DNA of 64,000 bases, taken from the NCBI GenBank assembly GCA_965223845.1, contig CBDCXR010000004.1, positions 1,152,001 to 1,216,000 of the forward strand, given 5' to 3'. Made by a program: the position numbers and the translations under genes. How positions within the stretch are numbered: position 1 is the stretch's first letter; each line of letters starts with the position of its first letter. The notes under the pieces are model-generated. The model saw only the letters and a program-made list of their open reading frames with translations. It was not told the origin of the DNA and ran no database searches. This document shows positions 1-10,121 of this stretch, piece after piece. Origin of the DNA: Planctomycetota bacterium. GTDB lineage: Bacteria > Planctomycetota > UBA8108 > SXIK01.

Positions 1-189
1 TGGGCGGTCCAGGCTCTTCGCCCGGTGATCGGAGAGCTCGCCGATACTCTCGCATGGTTTGGGTTTTACGAGCACTACGAGACCTTTGCGCGCGGGGTGA
101 TCAATCCCGTCGATGTCGTCTACGCGTTCAGCCTGACGGCGTTCTTTTTGATTCTCAATAACTTCGCCGTCGAGCAGCGAAAGTACTGA
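1..189 (+). CDS. ABC-2 type permease, GldF-like (3' end only, truncated by the window edge)
   Basis: Frame 1 translates WAVQALRPVIGELADTLAWFGFYEHYETFARGVINPVDVVYAFSLTAFFLILNNFAVEQRKY*. The 'H-x-E-x-F-x-RG-V-I...D-V-V-Y' tail is typical of GldF-like permeases, and it sits directly upstream of a GldG-like gene. Confidence 0.8.
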   Translation, partial: WAVQALRPVIGELADTLAWFGFYEHYETFARGVINPVDVVYAFSLTAFFLILNNFAVEQRKY

Positions 190-255
190 CGTTCCGCCTT
201 CGGTTCGGGGTAAGCCGACCTGGCCCAATCGAATTGCGATTCACGGGAGACTGAG

Positions 256-2640
256 ATGGCGGACAGCCAACAATTCCGCAAAAAGTTCTACACTTCGAGC
301 ATCGTATTCCTGGCGATCTGTTTGGCGATCGTCGTGTTCGTATACGCACTCTCCGATCCTCTGAGTAGCGGCAAGCTGGACTTGACCGCGGACGGAATCT
401 ATACGGTTTCCGAGTCGACGGAAGAGATCATCGAGGGGCTGGTCGACAAGGTCGTCGTCGACTACTACGTCAGTCAGAAGGACCTCCCGGGGTTCATCGA
501 GAGAATCCTTCGCGATACCCGCGACATGTTCGAGGAGTTTCGGGAGCTCTCGGGCGGAAAGTTCGAATATCACATCGTCGATCCGAATGAGCTCGCGACG
601 GAAGAGGCTCAGAAGAAGGTTCAGGAGTACTACGCCGCGAAGGAGGCCGGAGAAGATCCGGAGGAGCCGGAGCCGGTCCAGTCCATCCAAGACATCTTCA
701 GCGGACGCCCGGCTCCCAAAGGGGAAGAGATCCGCGCCGAGCGTCAGAAGCGGGCGGCCGAGTTCGCCGCCCAGCAGGGGCGTGACAAGGACGAGATTTT
801 TCGCGAGCTACTCGCCGAAGAGTTCGAGCGTCAATTCAAGGACAAGCTCGAACAGGACGGGATCGGTGCGTTCCCGGTCCAGGAGCGAGAGGCAGCGAGT
901 GTTCGGCAGCTGCGCGTCTACAGCGCGATCAAGATCTCGTATCTCGACAAGCAGCCGGAAGTGATTCCGGTCCACTATCAGATCGAGAACTTGGAATACG
1001 AGCTGATGAGTCGAATTCTCAAGCTCACGGCCGACAACAAACCCGTCGTGGCGGTGTTCGACGCGCGAAAGCCGGAAGCGCCGCCGTTCGATCCGCGCAA
1101 TCCGATGTCGCAGCGGCCACCGCAGTCGGACTATGACGGCATCATCGGAGCGCTTCAGGACTTGTTTGACATCCGAAGCATCGCGCTCGAAGAGGGCGAC
1201 TCCATCGACGATCTCGTCGCGACCCTGAAGGAGGAGAAGTGGGAGCGCGAGAATCCGGATGCGAGCGAGGAAGAGAAGAGCGAGAAGCTCGACAAGACGG
1301 TCCGCCCGGAGGACCTGAAGCTCGTCGAAGCGCTCGTGATCGCGCAGCCGGATGCCCTCGAGGCGCGTCAGGTGTACGAGATCAACCGCGCCGTTTCGCT
1401 CGGCGTCGATTCGATTTTCCTCGTATCCCGCCACTCGCTCGACGCGTCGCAGCAGGGCATGCAGCAGGGATTCCCGATCGCAACCCTCTCCCCGGGAGCC
1501 GCATTCGAAGACATGCTCAAGGAGTGGGGGGTCGAGATTCCCGGTGAGCTCGTCGCTTCGAACGATTGCGGAATCGTGACAGTGTTTCGGCGGATGGGAC
1601 CGCTCCAGATCCCGCAGCCGACTCCGGTAGCCATCTGCGTCGCGTCGACTCGCGCGCAACTGAGCGACGAATCGGCTCTCACGAGTCGCTTGAGCCACAT
1701 CATCTTTCCGGCGTCTACCGGTCTAAAGGTCGTCACCGGCACGCTCGAGAAGGCCGGTCTCCAGCACGAAGTGCTGGCCAAGTCGTCCGAGAAATCCTGG
1801 CGCGTGAAGATCGACCCGTTTCGAAATATGAACAATCCGCTCGCCCGCGGCCAGGGAGTGACGCTCGCGCAGTATCAGGATGATCTCGTGCAGCCGAAGG
1901 ACGAAAACTATCTGAGTTACGTTGATTCCCCGGTGCCCCTCGGCGTGTTTCTCACCGGCAAGTTCCCCTTCAAGTTCCAGGGAGAGCCGATTCCGGAATG
2001 GGAGAAGAAACCGGAGACGGACGATTCCTCGCCCTCTCTCCCCGGTGGGCTGCCCTTGGGTCACCCGCCAACTGGAGACGGAGACCGCGTCGAGAACGCG
2101 AGCGATCCTGAGCTCGTCGCGATGGCGCAGGAGGGCGACGCGGAGTCGAGCACGGATGGCGACGCTCCGAAGCCAGCGCCGGTCGGAGGCGCAGAGACGT
2201 CGGCCCAAGACTCGACTCCGGCCCCGGAGTCGACCCCAGAGGCAGTCCCCGCGCCGGAGTCGGAACCGCCGCCGCCTCCGGCACCGACCGCGAGTCTCTC
2301 GCCCGTCGATGGCCGAGTCCTCGTTCTCGCCTCCGCCGACATGATGAAGACCAGTTTTCTCAGTCAGGGCCGCGGCGAGTATCAGCCGAACGTGAACTTT
2401 TTCTACAACGCGGTGGAGCAGCTCGCGCTCGACAACAAGCTGATGAACATTCGGAGCAAGCAGCTCACCGTGCGGGAGTTCAAGCCCGGAAGCGAGAAGC
2501 ACTACAAGTACATCCTCTGGCTCAACATCGTGATCGTCCCGTTCGTCGTCGGCGTCGTCGGAGCGTGCATCCTCGGACACCGCCGACGGCAGTCCGTCGC
2601 CTATGAGCGAGACTATCTCGCGAAGCACAGCGGACGCTGA
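256..2640 (+). CDS. GldG-family ABC transporter auxiliary/periplasmic component
   Basis: N-terminal TM, 'KLDLTADGIYTVSEST' motif, 'FEYHIVDP', 'LEYELMSRILKL', 'GRVLVLASADM...NVNFFYNAVEQL...LMNIRSK' and a C-terminal TM. This is the GldG/ABC_transp_aux architecture. Confidence 0.85.
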   Translation: MADSQQFRKKFYTSSIVFLAICLAIVVFVYALSDPLSSGKLDLTADGIYTVSESTEEIIEGLVDKVVVDYYVSQKDLPGFIERILRDTRDMFEEFRELSGGKFEYHIVDPNELATEEAQKKVQEYYAAKEAGEDPEEPEPVQSIQDIFSGRPAPKGEEIRAERQKRAAEFAAQQGRDKDEIFRELLAEEFERQFKDKLEQDGIGAFPVQEREAASVRQLRVYSAIKISYLDKQPEVIPVHYQIENLEYELMSRILKLTADNKPVVAVFDARKPEAPPFDPRNPMSQRPPQSDYDGIIGALQDLFDIRSIALEEGDSIDDLVATLKEEKWERENPDASEEEKSEKLDKTVRPEDLKLVEALVIAQPDALEARQVYEINRAVSLGVDSIFLVSRHSLDASQQGMQQGFPIATLSPGAAFEDMLKEWGVEIPGELVASNDCGIVTVFRRMGPLQIPQPTPVAICVASTRAQLSDESALTSRLSHIIFPASTGLKVVTGTLEKAGLQHEVLAKSSEKSWRVKIDPFRNMNNPLARGQGVTLAQYQDDLVQPKDENYLSYVDSPVPLGVFLTGKFPFKFQGEPIPEWEKKPETDDSSPSLPGGLPLGHPPTGDGDRVENASDPELVAMAQEGDAESSTDGDAPKPAPVGGAETSAQDSTPAPESTPEAVPAPESEPPPPPAPTASLSPVDGRVLVLASADMMKTSFLSQGRGEYQPNVNFFYNAVEQLALDNKLMNIRSKQLTVREFKPGSEKHYKYILWLNIVIVPFVVGVVGACILGHRRRQSVAYERDYLAKHSGR

Positions 2641-2674
2641 GGTCGAGGCAAACGAGAGTCGAAGGCACAGAACA

Positions 2675-4321
2675 ATGAACAAACCAACCCTCATCGCCAT
2701 CGTCGTCCTCCTCATCCTCGGAGGCATCTGGCTCGTCGTCGACACCTCCCCGTACACGGGGAAAGACGAGGAGCTGTCCGACGCGTACGCCGAATTCATC
2801 GACGCGAATTTCAAGTCGACCGCGAAGATCGCCCTCGAAAAGGGGAGCGGGAAGGTCGAGCTCGTGAAGAAGGACGGGAGCTGGGTGGTCGCGACTTCCT
2901 ATGGCGCCCCCGCCGACACGGAGAAGATCGATAAGCTCATCGATTCTCTCGACGGCCTCGGCGCCGGTGAGGAGATCGGCTCTTCGGCCGCATCGCACGA
3001 GCGGTTCGAAGTCGGGCCGAAGAAGGGGGCGAAGATCACCGCCTACGACGCATCGGGCAACGCGCTCGGCTCGGCGATCGTCGGGAAGACCGCCCCGGGC
3101 GGAGGCGTCGGCACGACGCGGATCTTCATGCGCTTCGGGGACGGGGAGTCGACGTACAAGGTCGAAACGGACGTCCGCACGCAGGCGAGCCTCTGGGGCG
3201 ACGAGCTCGAGGGAAAGAACTATCTCGAGAAGGACGTCCTCAAGCTGAAGGAGTTCGGACCCAACAAGGTCGCGATGCAGGTTCAGTCCGTGCGCGTCAC
3301 GCGTCCGGACCAGGACGATCTCGTGATCGAGCGTCGATTTCGCGCGAAGCCGAAGCCCGAGGGCGAGGACGCCAAGGAAGGTGAAGCGGACGCGACTGAC
3401 CCCGGAAACGAGGACACAACTGAAGAAGAGTACTACGTCGTTACCGCCGGTACCGAGACGGCGGAGGTCGGCTCGTCCGAAGAGTGGCAGGCGCGCGGGA
3501 TCCTCGACCGGGCGAATACGATCTCTATCGACGACGTCGTCGAGCCGAAGGACCGCGCGGAATACGGACTCGACGCGCCGCAACTCACGGTCTCCCTCGA
3601 GTACCGCGAAGAGAGCGACAAGTCGGGCGAGGTCGCGGGGATGAAGCTTCTCTTCGGGAACGCGACGAAGGACGACAAGGGCGAAGACGACGGGTACTAC
3701 TTCGTCCTCGACGCTCCGGGTTTCAGCGATCGGATCTACAAGCTCGGGAAGTATCGGTTCGACGGTTGGAACAAGCAGATGTCCGATTTCCTCCCGAAAA
3801 AAGAGGAGGAAACTGAAGACGTCGAGCCGGGTACGGACGGCGACGCGCACGCTGCGCCGCACGATCATGATCACGATCACGGTGCGGCGGGCGAAGCGCC
3901 AACGGGCAGCGAAGACCCGGCGCTCGTGGCGGCCGCGAATCACGCGGCGAAGATTCTCGGCGAATCCGCCAAGGATCTCATCGCCGCGGCGAAGAAGTGG
4001 CACGCGAAGCTTTCGAAGTACGACGAGCGCATCACTCCGGCGAAGCTCCTCCTCAAGGTCACGCCGTCCGAAGGACCGCTGAAGCTCGACTTCGAGACGC
4101 AGATGGAGGCGCTCGAGCAGATCCTCGACAGCAAGGTGCCTTGGGACGATCCCGAGCCGCTCAAGGTCGAGACGCCGCCGATCGACGCGCCGCCGACGAT
4201 CGAGACGCCGACCGTCGAGCCGCCGTCCGGTGACGGCGCGAGCGCGGGCGAGAATCCGGCACCAGCGCCGATCGAGGCTCCGAGTTCCGACCCGGCGCCG
4301 ACTCCACCGCCGGCTGAGTGA
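2675..4321 (+). CDS. DUF4340 domain-containing protein (third gene of the GldF/G module)
   Basis: ATG at 2675 (MNKPTLIAIVVLLILGGIW, N-terminal anchor); 'LVKKDGSWVV...PAD...IDKLIDSL' and 'EYGLDAPQLTV' motifs; usual position downstream of GldG. Confidence 0.75.
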   Translation: MNKPTLIAIVVLLILGGIWLVVDTSPYTGKDEELSDAYAEFIDANFKSTAKIALEKGSGKVELVKKDGSWVVATSYGAPADTEKIDKLIDSLDGLGAGEEIGSSAASHERFEVGPKKGAKITAYDASGNALGSAIVGKTAPGGGVGTTRIFMRFGDGESTYKVETDVRTQASLWGDELEGKNYLEKDVLKLKEFGPNKVAMQVQSVRVTRPDQDDLVIERRFRAKPKPEGEDAKEGEADATDPGNEDTTEEEYYVVTAGTETAEVGSSEEWQARGILDRANTISIDDVVEPKDRAEYGLDAPQLTVSLEYREESDKSGEVAGMKLLFGNATKDDKGEDDGYYFVLDAPGFSDRIYKLGKYRFDGWNKQMSDFLPKKEEETEDVEPGTDGDAHAAPHDHDHDHGAAGEAPTGSEDPALVAAANHAAKILGESAKDLIAAAKKWHAKLSKYDERITPAKLLLKVTPSEGPLKLDFETQMEALEQILDSKVPWDDPEPLKVETPPIDAPPTIETPTVEPPSGDGASAGENPAPAPIEAPSSDPAPTPPPAE

Positions 4322-4328
4322 GTGCGAT

Positions 4329-4373
4329 CTTCACCCGGCTGCCGCCGAACGCTCGTGCGGCAGCCGGGTGAAG
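4329..4373. terminator. 17-bp perfect inverted repeat between convergent genes (probable bidirectional terminator hairpin)
   Basis: cttcacccggctgccgc (4329-4345) pairs with gcggcagccgggtgaag (4357-4373) around an 11-nt loop. It lies between stop codons at 4321 (+) and 4386 (-). There is no U-tract. Confidence 0.6.
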
Positions 4374-4385
4374 CTACGTCCTGCG

Positions 4386-5922
4386 CTACTCTTCCTCGGG
4401 CGGAAGCACTTCGAAGAAGCTCATCATTCCGCTCGCGGAATGCTCGAGGAGATGGCAGTGGACGACCCATCCGCCGGAGGTCGTCGACGTCGGCTCCTTG
4501 CCGAAGCCGGTGACCTGCCCTTCGCGTCCGCGATCGTCGAAGCGAACCGCGGCGCGGAGGATCGTTCGTGTCGACCCGAACGCACCAGGACGCGAGGGGA
4601 GCGCGATCGTGTCCTTGTCCTCGAGGAACTCGAACGGGACGACGGTGTTCCCATTCACGTCGTCGTGAAACTCGATCTCGATCGGCTGAAACGTGAACCC
4701 GTGGGGATCGGGGGGCGTGTGTCCGAATCTGAGGACGATCTTGTCGTCTGCGGTCAGGCCGGACGTGTCGATCTTTTCGATATCGCGCAGCTCGGCGGGA
4801 GGCGTCCACTCGCCGGGTCCCCGGCCGAATAGGCGAAACGTCATGAGCGGGCGAGGCGGCGCCTTGCCGTCGTGGTGGTCGTGACCGACTTTGACCATTC
4901 CGTCCTCGAGGAAGGGAACGTGCCGGCCGCGTCTCATGTCGTGCCACTCGAGGGTGAGCGTGCGACCACCGGTGGGGACGAATACGACGTCGGCGCGCTC
5001 TCCGGGAGTGAGCAAGACTCCCTTCGTGAGGTCGGGGTCCGAAATCGTCTCCGCCATTCCGTGCGCATCGGGCACTTGCTCGATCGGCTCCACCGCAATC
5101 GGCGCTTCGAGGAGCCCTCCGTCACCTCCGATGCGATGGAGCGTGTGACCGGGAATCGACACCCGCATAAACGTCGTGTTCGCCGTATTCACGAGCCGGA
5201 GACGGTGGGGGACGCCGCGGCGAATTCTCCCCGTGGGATGAACGCGGCCGTTGACGAGGAGATAGTTGCCGACGCGGCCGTCGAGGTGCGTGTCGGCGTT
5301 CGCGACGGGATCGTCGAGAGGGAACGGTTCTTCGACTTGCCCGTCCTCGTCGAGTAGCACGTCGTCGAGCATGAGGATGTGCTCGCGCGTCGGAAGAGCG
5401 AGTCGCTCGTTCTCGTTCGCGGTCGTGGACGATGAGCGCGCCGTAGAGGCCTCGCTCGACCTGAGCGTTCGTCTGACGGTGAGGGTGATACCAGTAGAGG
5501 GCGGAACGGATGAGCGGAAACTCGTAGCGAAAGTAACCGAACGGGGGAACGGGAGGCTGAGAGATGTTGCTCCCGTCCATCGTGGCAACGTTCTCGATTC
5601 CGTGCCAGTGAATGGTGGACTCGTCGGGGAGCAGATTGAAGAAGTGAACGATCAGGGTGTCTCCCACGTTCGCTTCGTGCGTCGGTCCCGGGGTTCCGTG
5701 GTTGAACACCCAGAGACGACTCTTCATTCCTGTCCCGAGATCGATCGATTTCTCGTGAGCGAAGAGGACGACCTCGAGCACGTTCGGGTCCGGATTGAGA
5801 TCGACGGCCCTCCGCGGGGCGATCGTCCGATTCCATGAAGCGTGAGAGTGGTCCCCGCCTCGTGCCTGCGCTTGGTCACAACAAAGAACGAGAAGAACGG
5901 CGCATGCAAGAGCGCGGATCAT
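4386..5922 (-). pseudogene. Multicopper oxidase (laccase/CueO/bilirubin-oxidase-like), frameshifted and apparently internally deleted
   Basis: The N-terminal half (ATG 5922 after AAGGGG; signal peptide; IHWHG and WYHPH motifs) is in the frame of ORF 5122..6105. The C-terminal half (RLRLVN..., WVVHCHLLEHSASGMM) is in ORF 4386..5588. The frame switch is near 5422. The HxxHxH motif is reduced to 'PDPHGF'. Confidence 0.8.
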
Positions 5923-6224
5923 GAGCTTACCCCTTCGTACATGTATGGGAACGCGAAGACCGGCGAGCAGAATTGTAACGAACGGAGGGTGGAGTCGCGC
6001 AGAGACCGGCAGCAAGCGGCGAGCCAGTTTCGACGTGGATGAAGGACCTGTCGCGAACATCTGCCATGAAGCGCGGGGCGCTTTTGTAGGCCCGACCGCC
6101 GGCACTCTTCGGTTGGAGAAGCGGCCTCGCGAGCCGGGAAGCGAGTGTTCGAGCGAGCGCGACGTTGACTTCTAGGTACGATCGGTGACGCTGACGTCAC
6201 GAAGAGTGGTTCAGTGGATTTGCG

Positions 6225-9200
6225 ATGAAGACACGTTCGAACCGATTGTGGCGGTCTCTCGTTCTCTCGCTGTCGCTCCCCGCGGCTGCGGCGGTGACCG
6301 CCGAGAAGCAGTTCTCCCTGGAGACGCAGGACGTCGTCGCGTTCACGGGCGGCACGAACATGGTTCGTCTCCAGCGGGCCGGGTACCTCGAGTCGATCCT
6401 CACGCGTGCGTTCGCGAGTGCTCGCCCTCGATTTCGCGATCTCGCCTGGGAGGCGGACACGGTGTTCCGCCAGGGCTCGGTGACCGAACGGTGGCGGCGC
6501 GACGGCTTCGGCGGGCGCGACGAGCAGTTCGAGCGCGTCGGCGCGACCGTGGTGATCGCGCAGTTCGGTCTTCTCGAATCCATGGCCGGGAAGAGCGGTC
6601 TCGACACCTTCGTGCGCGCGTACAACGATCTCATCGACAGCTATGAGAGGGCCGCGCGTTGCGTCGTTCTGCTTTCCCCGACACCGTTCGAGATGGCGCG
6701 CGGACGGGCGATCCCCGACGTGTCGAAACACAACGAGGATCTCGCGCTCTACGTCGAGGCCACGGCGGAGATCGCGTCGCGGCGGGAACTCGTCTTCGTC
6801 GATCTCTTTCGCGGCGGAACGGTGCACCGAACCGATCAGGGAATGCACATTCGCGACGAGGCGCAGCGAGCCCTGGCGTTCGAGATCGCGCGCGGGCTCG
6901 GAGTCAGGCTTCCCTCGGACGACGATCTCGAGTCGCTCCGAAGCGCCGTCATCGAAAAGCACCGCCTCTGGTATGACTACTGGCGTCCGGCGAACTGGAA
7001 GCTTCTCTACGGTGACGACTCCGCGCGGCAATTCACGAAAGGCGCCGTCCCGTTTCGCGAGGAGTGGAAGCGCTTGCTGCCCCTGATCGAGCGCGCCGAG
7101 GCGCGGGTGGCGACGATCGCGGCCGGTGGCGACGATCCCGGTCACTCTCGACCCGATCCGGAGGTGCTTCACGGAGATCCGCACGCCAAGATCGCGGACG
7201 AGCTCGCCGCGTTCGAGACGAGCGACGCTCTCCGCGTCAATCTCTTCGCGTCGGAGAAGGAAGGTCTCACCTCGCCGCTCGCACTGCGGTGGGACACCTC
7301 AGGTCGGGCGTACGTGGTGGTGACGACGACATACCCGCATGTCTTCCCGGGCGACGTTCCGAACGACAAGATCATCCTCCTCGAAGACACGGACGGCGAT
7401 GGCGCTGCCGACCGCTGGATCGTGTTCGCCGATGGACTGAATATCCCGACGGGACTCGAGCTGGGAAGCGGCGGCGTCTACGTGGGGCAGAACACCGAGC
7501 TTCTGTTCCTCCGGGATCACGACGGGGATGGCCGAGCTGACGAGCGTCGCAGCGTTCTCGCTGGCCTCGGAAACGGCGACTCACACCAAACCGCGAACTC
7601 CTTCGTTTGGAGCCCCGGCGGAGAGCTCTACTTCGGCCAAGGCGACGGGATTGAATCGCGGGTGGAGACACCGTGGGGATCGAGCGATCTCTACCAGGCG
7701 GGCTTTTACCGCTTTCGTCCGCTTCGTCTTCAGCTCGATCCTCTTCTCGACGACTTCATGGGACCGGGGAATCCGTGGGGCGTCGCGTTCGACGAATGGG
7801 GACAGATCTTCAGCGTCGACGGTGCGGGCGGCGTGACGTTCCTCTCGCCGGGACAGATCCCGGCGAAGCACCGCCTGAAGCTCGGAACCATCGGAAAGCC
7901 CGGCGGGTACTGCGGCATCACTCGGGTCGATTCGACGCATCTCCCGGCGTCGATGCGCGGTGACTTCCTCGTCGGCGACTTCAAGGCGAATCGCGTGAGC
8001 CGGTTCTCTGTCCGGCCGCGCGGTTCCGGATTCGAGCTCGAATGGAAGAGGCCCGTCCTTCGCTCCGGGCACCGCAACTTCCGTCCCGTGGACGTTCGCG
8101 TCGGCCCCGACGGCGCGATCTACGTAGTCGATTGGTACAACCCCATCATTTGCCACCAAGACGACGCCTACCGCGATCCGGCGCGCGACAAGGCTCACGG
8201 GCGCATCTGGAGATTGTCCGCGGCCGCACCGGCGATCGAACCACCGGACTGGAAACGCGCGAAGCTCTCGTCCGTCGTCGACGGACTTCGTTCGCGCGAA
8301 GCGTGGACTCGCTACCAGGCGAAGCGTGAGCTCACGGCGCGCGATCCGGATGCGGTCGCGAGCGCACTCTCCCATTGGATCGCGGCCCTCGACCCCGCGG
8401 ACGATCAGCACGAGCGAGATCTCTACGAGGCGCTCGGTGCATTCGAGACGATCGAAGTCGTCGAGCCGAGACTGATCCGTCGACTGCTCGAAGCGAACGA
8501 GCCCAGCGCGCGTGCGTACGCGGCTCGCGTCGTCGGCCGGTGGCAGGATCGCTTGCGGTCGCCTCTTGCCCTTCTCTCGCCGCGAGTTGCCGACCCGCAT
8601 CCGCGAGTACGGCTCGAGGCCGTTCTCGCGTGCGCGGCGATTCCGTCGGCGGAGTCGATGCGCGTCGCTGCGCGGGCCGTCGATCTGCCGATGGACCGCT
8701 GGCTCGACTACGCCTTCACCCAGGCCGTCCACCATCTCGAGCCTTACTGGCTGCAGTCGTTTCGACGAGGCGAGCTCGAGTTCGAAGAGGCGACCCACCT
8801 CGCCGCCGTGCTCCGTCGAACTCGCGGAAAGAATCTACAGAAGAGCCTAACCGAGCTCGCCGACGCGACCGATGTCAGCGCGCAAGCTCGCCGGGCGGCG
8901 GTGGCGGCGATCATCGCGATCGGCGGACCGAATGAACTGCGCGAGTACGGACTCGATCCCGAACGATTCACGCGCTCGGGGATCTACGACGCCGACGCGC
9001 ACGCCGAAGCCCTCGTGGAAGTGCTTCGCACCGCGAGGGAGCGACGTGTTCGGCCGAGCGAAGATGTGTCCTCGCTGCTGAGGCGACTGATCGAATCGCC
9101 GCACGCCGGTGTCCAGGCCGGCGCCATCTCACTCGCCGGTGAGTGGCGGACCGAAGCCGTTCAACGAGAAGTCGAGGCGGTCGCGAAGGACGCGACGTCG

Positions 9201-10121
9201 AGCTTGTCCGTGCGCCGCGCGAGCTTTCTCGCCCTGGCGCGAATGGGAGATCGCCGGTATCTAACTCTGCTCGAGGAATTCGCGGCGCCGCCGAGCTCGG
9301 CCATCGTGCGCGCCGCCGCAGTCGAGGCTCTCTGTCTCGTCGACGTCACCCGCGCAGCGAAGAGCGCCGCGATGCTCTTCGCGGAGGCTGACGCGTCGTC
9401 GATTGACTCAGCCGAACTGATGCGTGCGTTCCTGTCGCGGAAGCACGGCGGATCGGCGCTCGCCGACGCGCTGCTCGAGAACAAGCTCCCGAGGAAGTCC
9501 TCGGCTCGTCTCCTCCAGACGTTCTACGAACTCGGACGAACCGACGCTCCGCTCATCGCGGCTCTCCGGCGCCTCGCCGAGGTGACGGGCGACGTGCCGT
9601 CCTACAGCGAGCGCTTCGTCTCGAGCTTGGTCTCGGCGGCGATGGAGAAAGGCAGCGCTTCGCGTGGAGTCCGCCTGAGCGCACCGTGTCTCGCCTGTCA
9701 CCGAATCGGGGACGCGGGATCGATCATCGGTCCGGAGTTGACGACGCTCGGAACGACGCTCTCGCCCGAGCGAATCACCGAAGAGCTACTTTGGCCGAGC
9801 CGGCAGGTGAAAGAAGGCTACACCCTCGTGCAGGTCCTCACGACGGAAGGCGACGTGATCGAGGGGTACGAACGGCGGACGAAGGCGAGTGAACAATCTG
9901 GTGATCTCATCCTCCGCGAGCTCGCGACCGAATCATTGATTCGCGTTCGTCGAGACGAGGTCGAGCTCGCGTCGGAGCTCGGGAGCGCCATGCCACCCGG
10001 GCTGACGGCAGCTCTGACTCGTGAGGAGCTCCTCGACCTGATTCGCTACCTCTCCGAGCTCGGACGTAGCCCTCTACTCGACGATCGAAAGGAGAACTCC
10101 CGTGCGCGGAGCGATGATTAA
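6225..10121 (+). CDS. PVC-type membrane-bound dehydrogenase-like heme-binding protein (SGNH-like N-terminus, beta-propeller, HEAT repeats, cytochrome c)
   Basis: Signal peptide; 'VNLFASEKEGLTSP', 'DTDGDGAAD', 'FRPVDVRVGPDGAIYVVDWYN...HGRIWR'; HEAT-like repeats; heme motif CLACH; C-terminal 'SAMPPGL...ELLDLIRYL'. Confidence 0.85.
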   Translation: MKTRSNRLWRSLVLSLSLPAAAAVTAEKQFSLETQDVVAFTGGTNMVRLQRAGYLESILTRAFASARPRFRDLAWEADTVFRQGSVTERWRRDGFGGRDEQFERVGATVVIAQFGLLESMAGKSGLDTFVRAYNDLIDSYERAARCVVLLSPTPFEMARGRAIPDVSKHNEDLALYVEATAEIASRRELVFVDLFRGGTVHRTDQGMHIRDEAQRALAFEIARGLGVRLPSDDDLESLRSAVIEKHRLWYDYWRPANWKLLYGDDSARQFTKGAVPFREEWKRLLPLIERAEARVATIAAGGDDPGHSRPDPEVLHGDPHAKIADELAAFETSDALRVNLFASEKEGLTSPLALRWDTSGRAYVVVTTTYPHVFPGDVPNDKIILLEDTDGDGAADRWIVFADGLNIPTGLELGSGGVYVGQNTELLFLRDHDGDGRADERRSVLAGLGNGDSHQTANSFVWSPGGELYFGQGDGIESRVETPWGSSDLYQAGFYRFRPLRLQLDPLLDDFMGPGNPWGVAFDEWGQIFSVDGAGGVTFLSPGQIPAKHRLKLGTIGKPGGYCGITRVDSTHLPASMRGDFLVGDFKANRVSRFSVRPRGSGFELEWKRPVLRSGHRNFRPVDVRVGPDGAIYVVDWYNPIICHQDDAYRDPARDKAHGRIWRLSAAAPAIEPPDWKRAKLSSVVDGLRSREAWTRYQAKRELTARDPDAVASALSHWIAALDPADDQHERDLYEALGAFETIEVVEPRLIRRLLEANEPSARAYAARVVGRWQDRLRSPLALLSPRVADPHPRVRLEAVLACAAIPSAESMRVAARAVDLPMDRWLDYAFTQAVHHLEPYWLQSFRRGELEFEEATHLAAVLRRTRGKNLQKSLTELADATDVSAQARRAAVAAIIAIGGPNELREYGLDPERFTRSGIYDADAHAEALVEVLRTARERRVRPSEDVSSLLRRLIESPHAGVQAGAISLAGEWRTEAVQREVEAVAKDATSSLSVRRASFLALARMGDRRYLTLLEEFAAPPSSAIVRAAAVEALCLVDVTRAAKSAAMLFAEADASSIDSAELMRAFLSRKHGGSALADALLENKLPRKSSARLLQTFYELGRTDAPLIAALRRLAEVTGDVPSYSERFVSSLVSAAMEKGSASRGVRLSAPCLACHRIGDAGSIIGPELTTLGTTLSPERITEELLWPSRQVKEGYTLVQVLTTEGDVIEGYERRTKASEQSGDLILRELATESLIRVRRDEVELASELGSAMPPGLTAALTREELLDLIRYLSELGRSPLLDDRKENSRARSDD

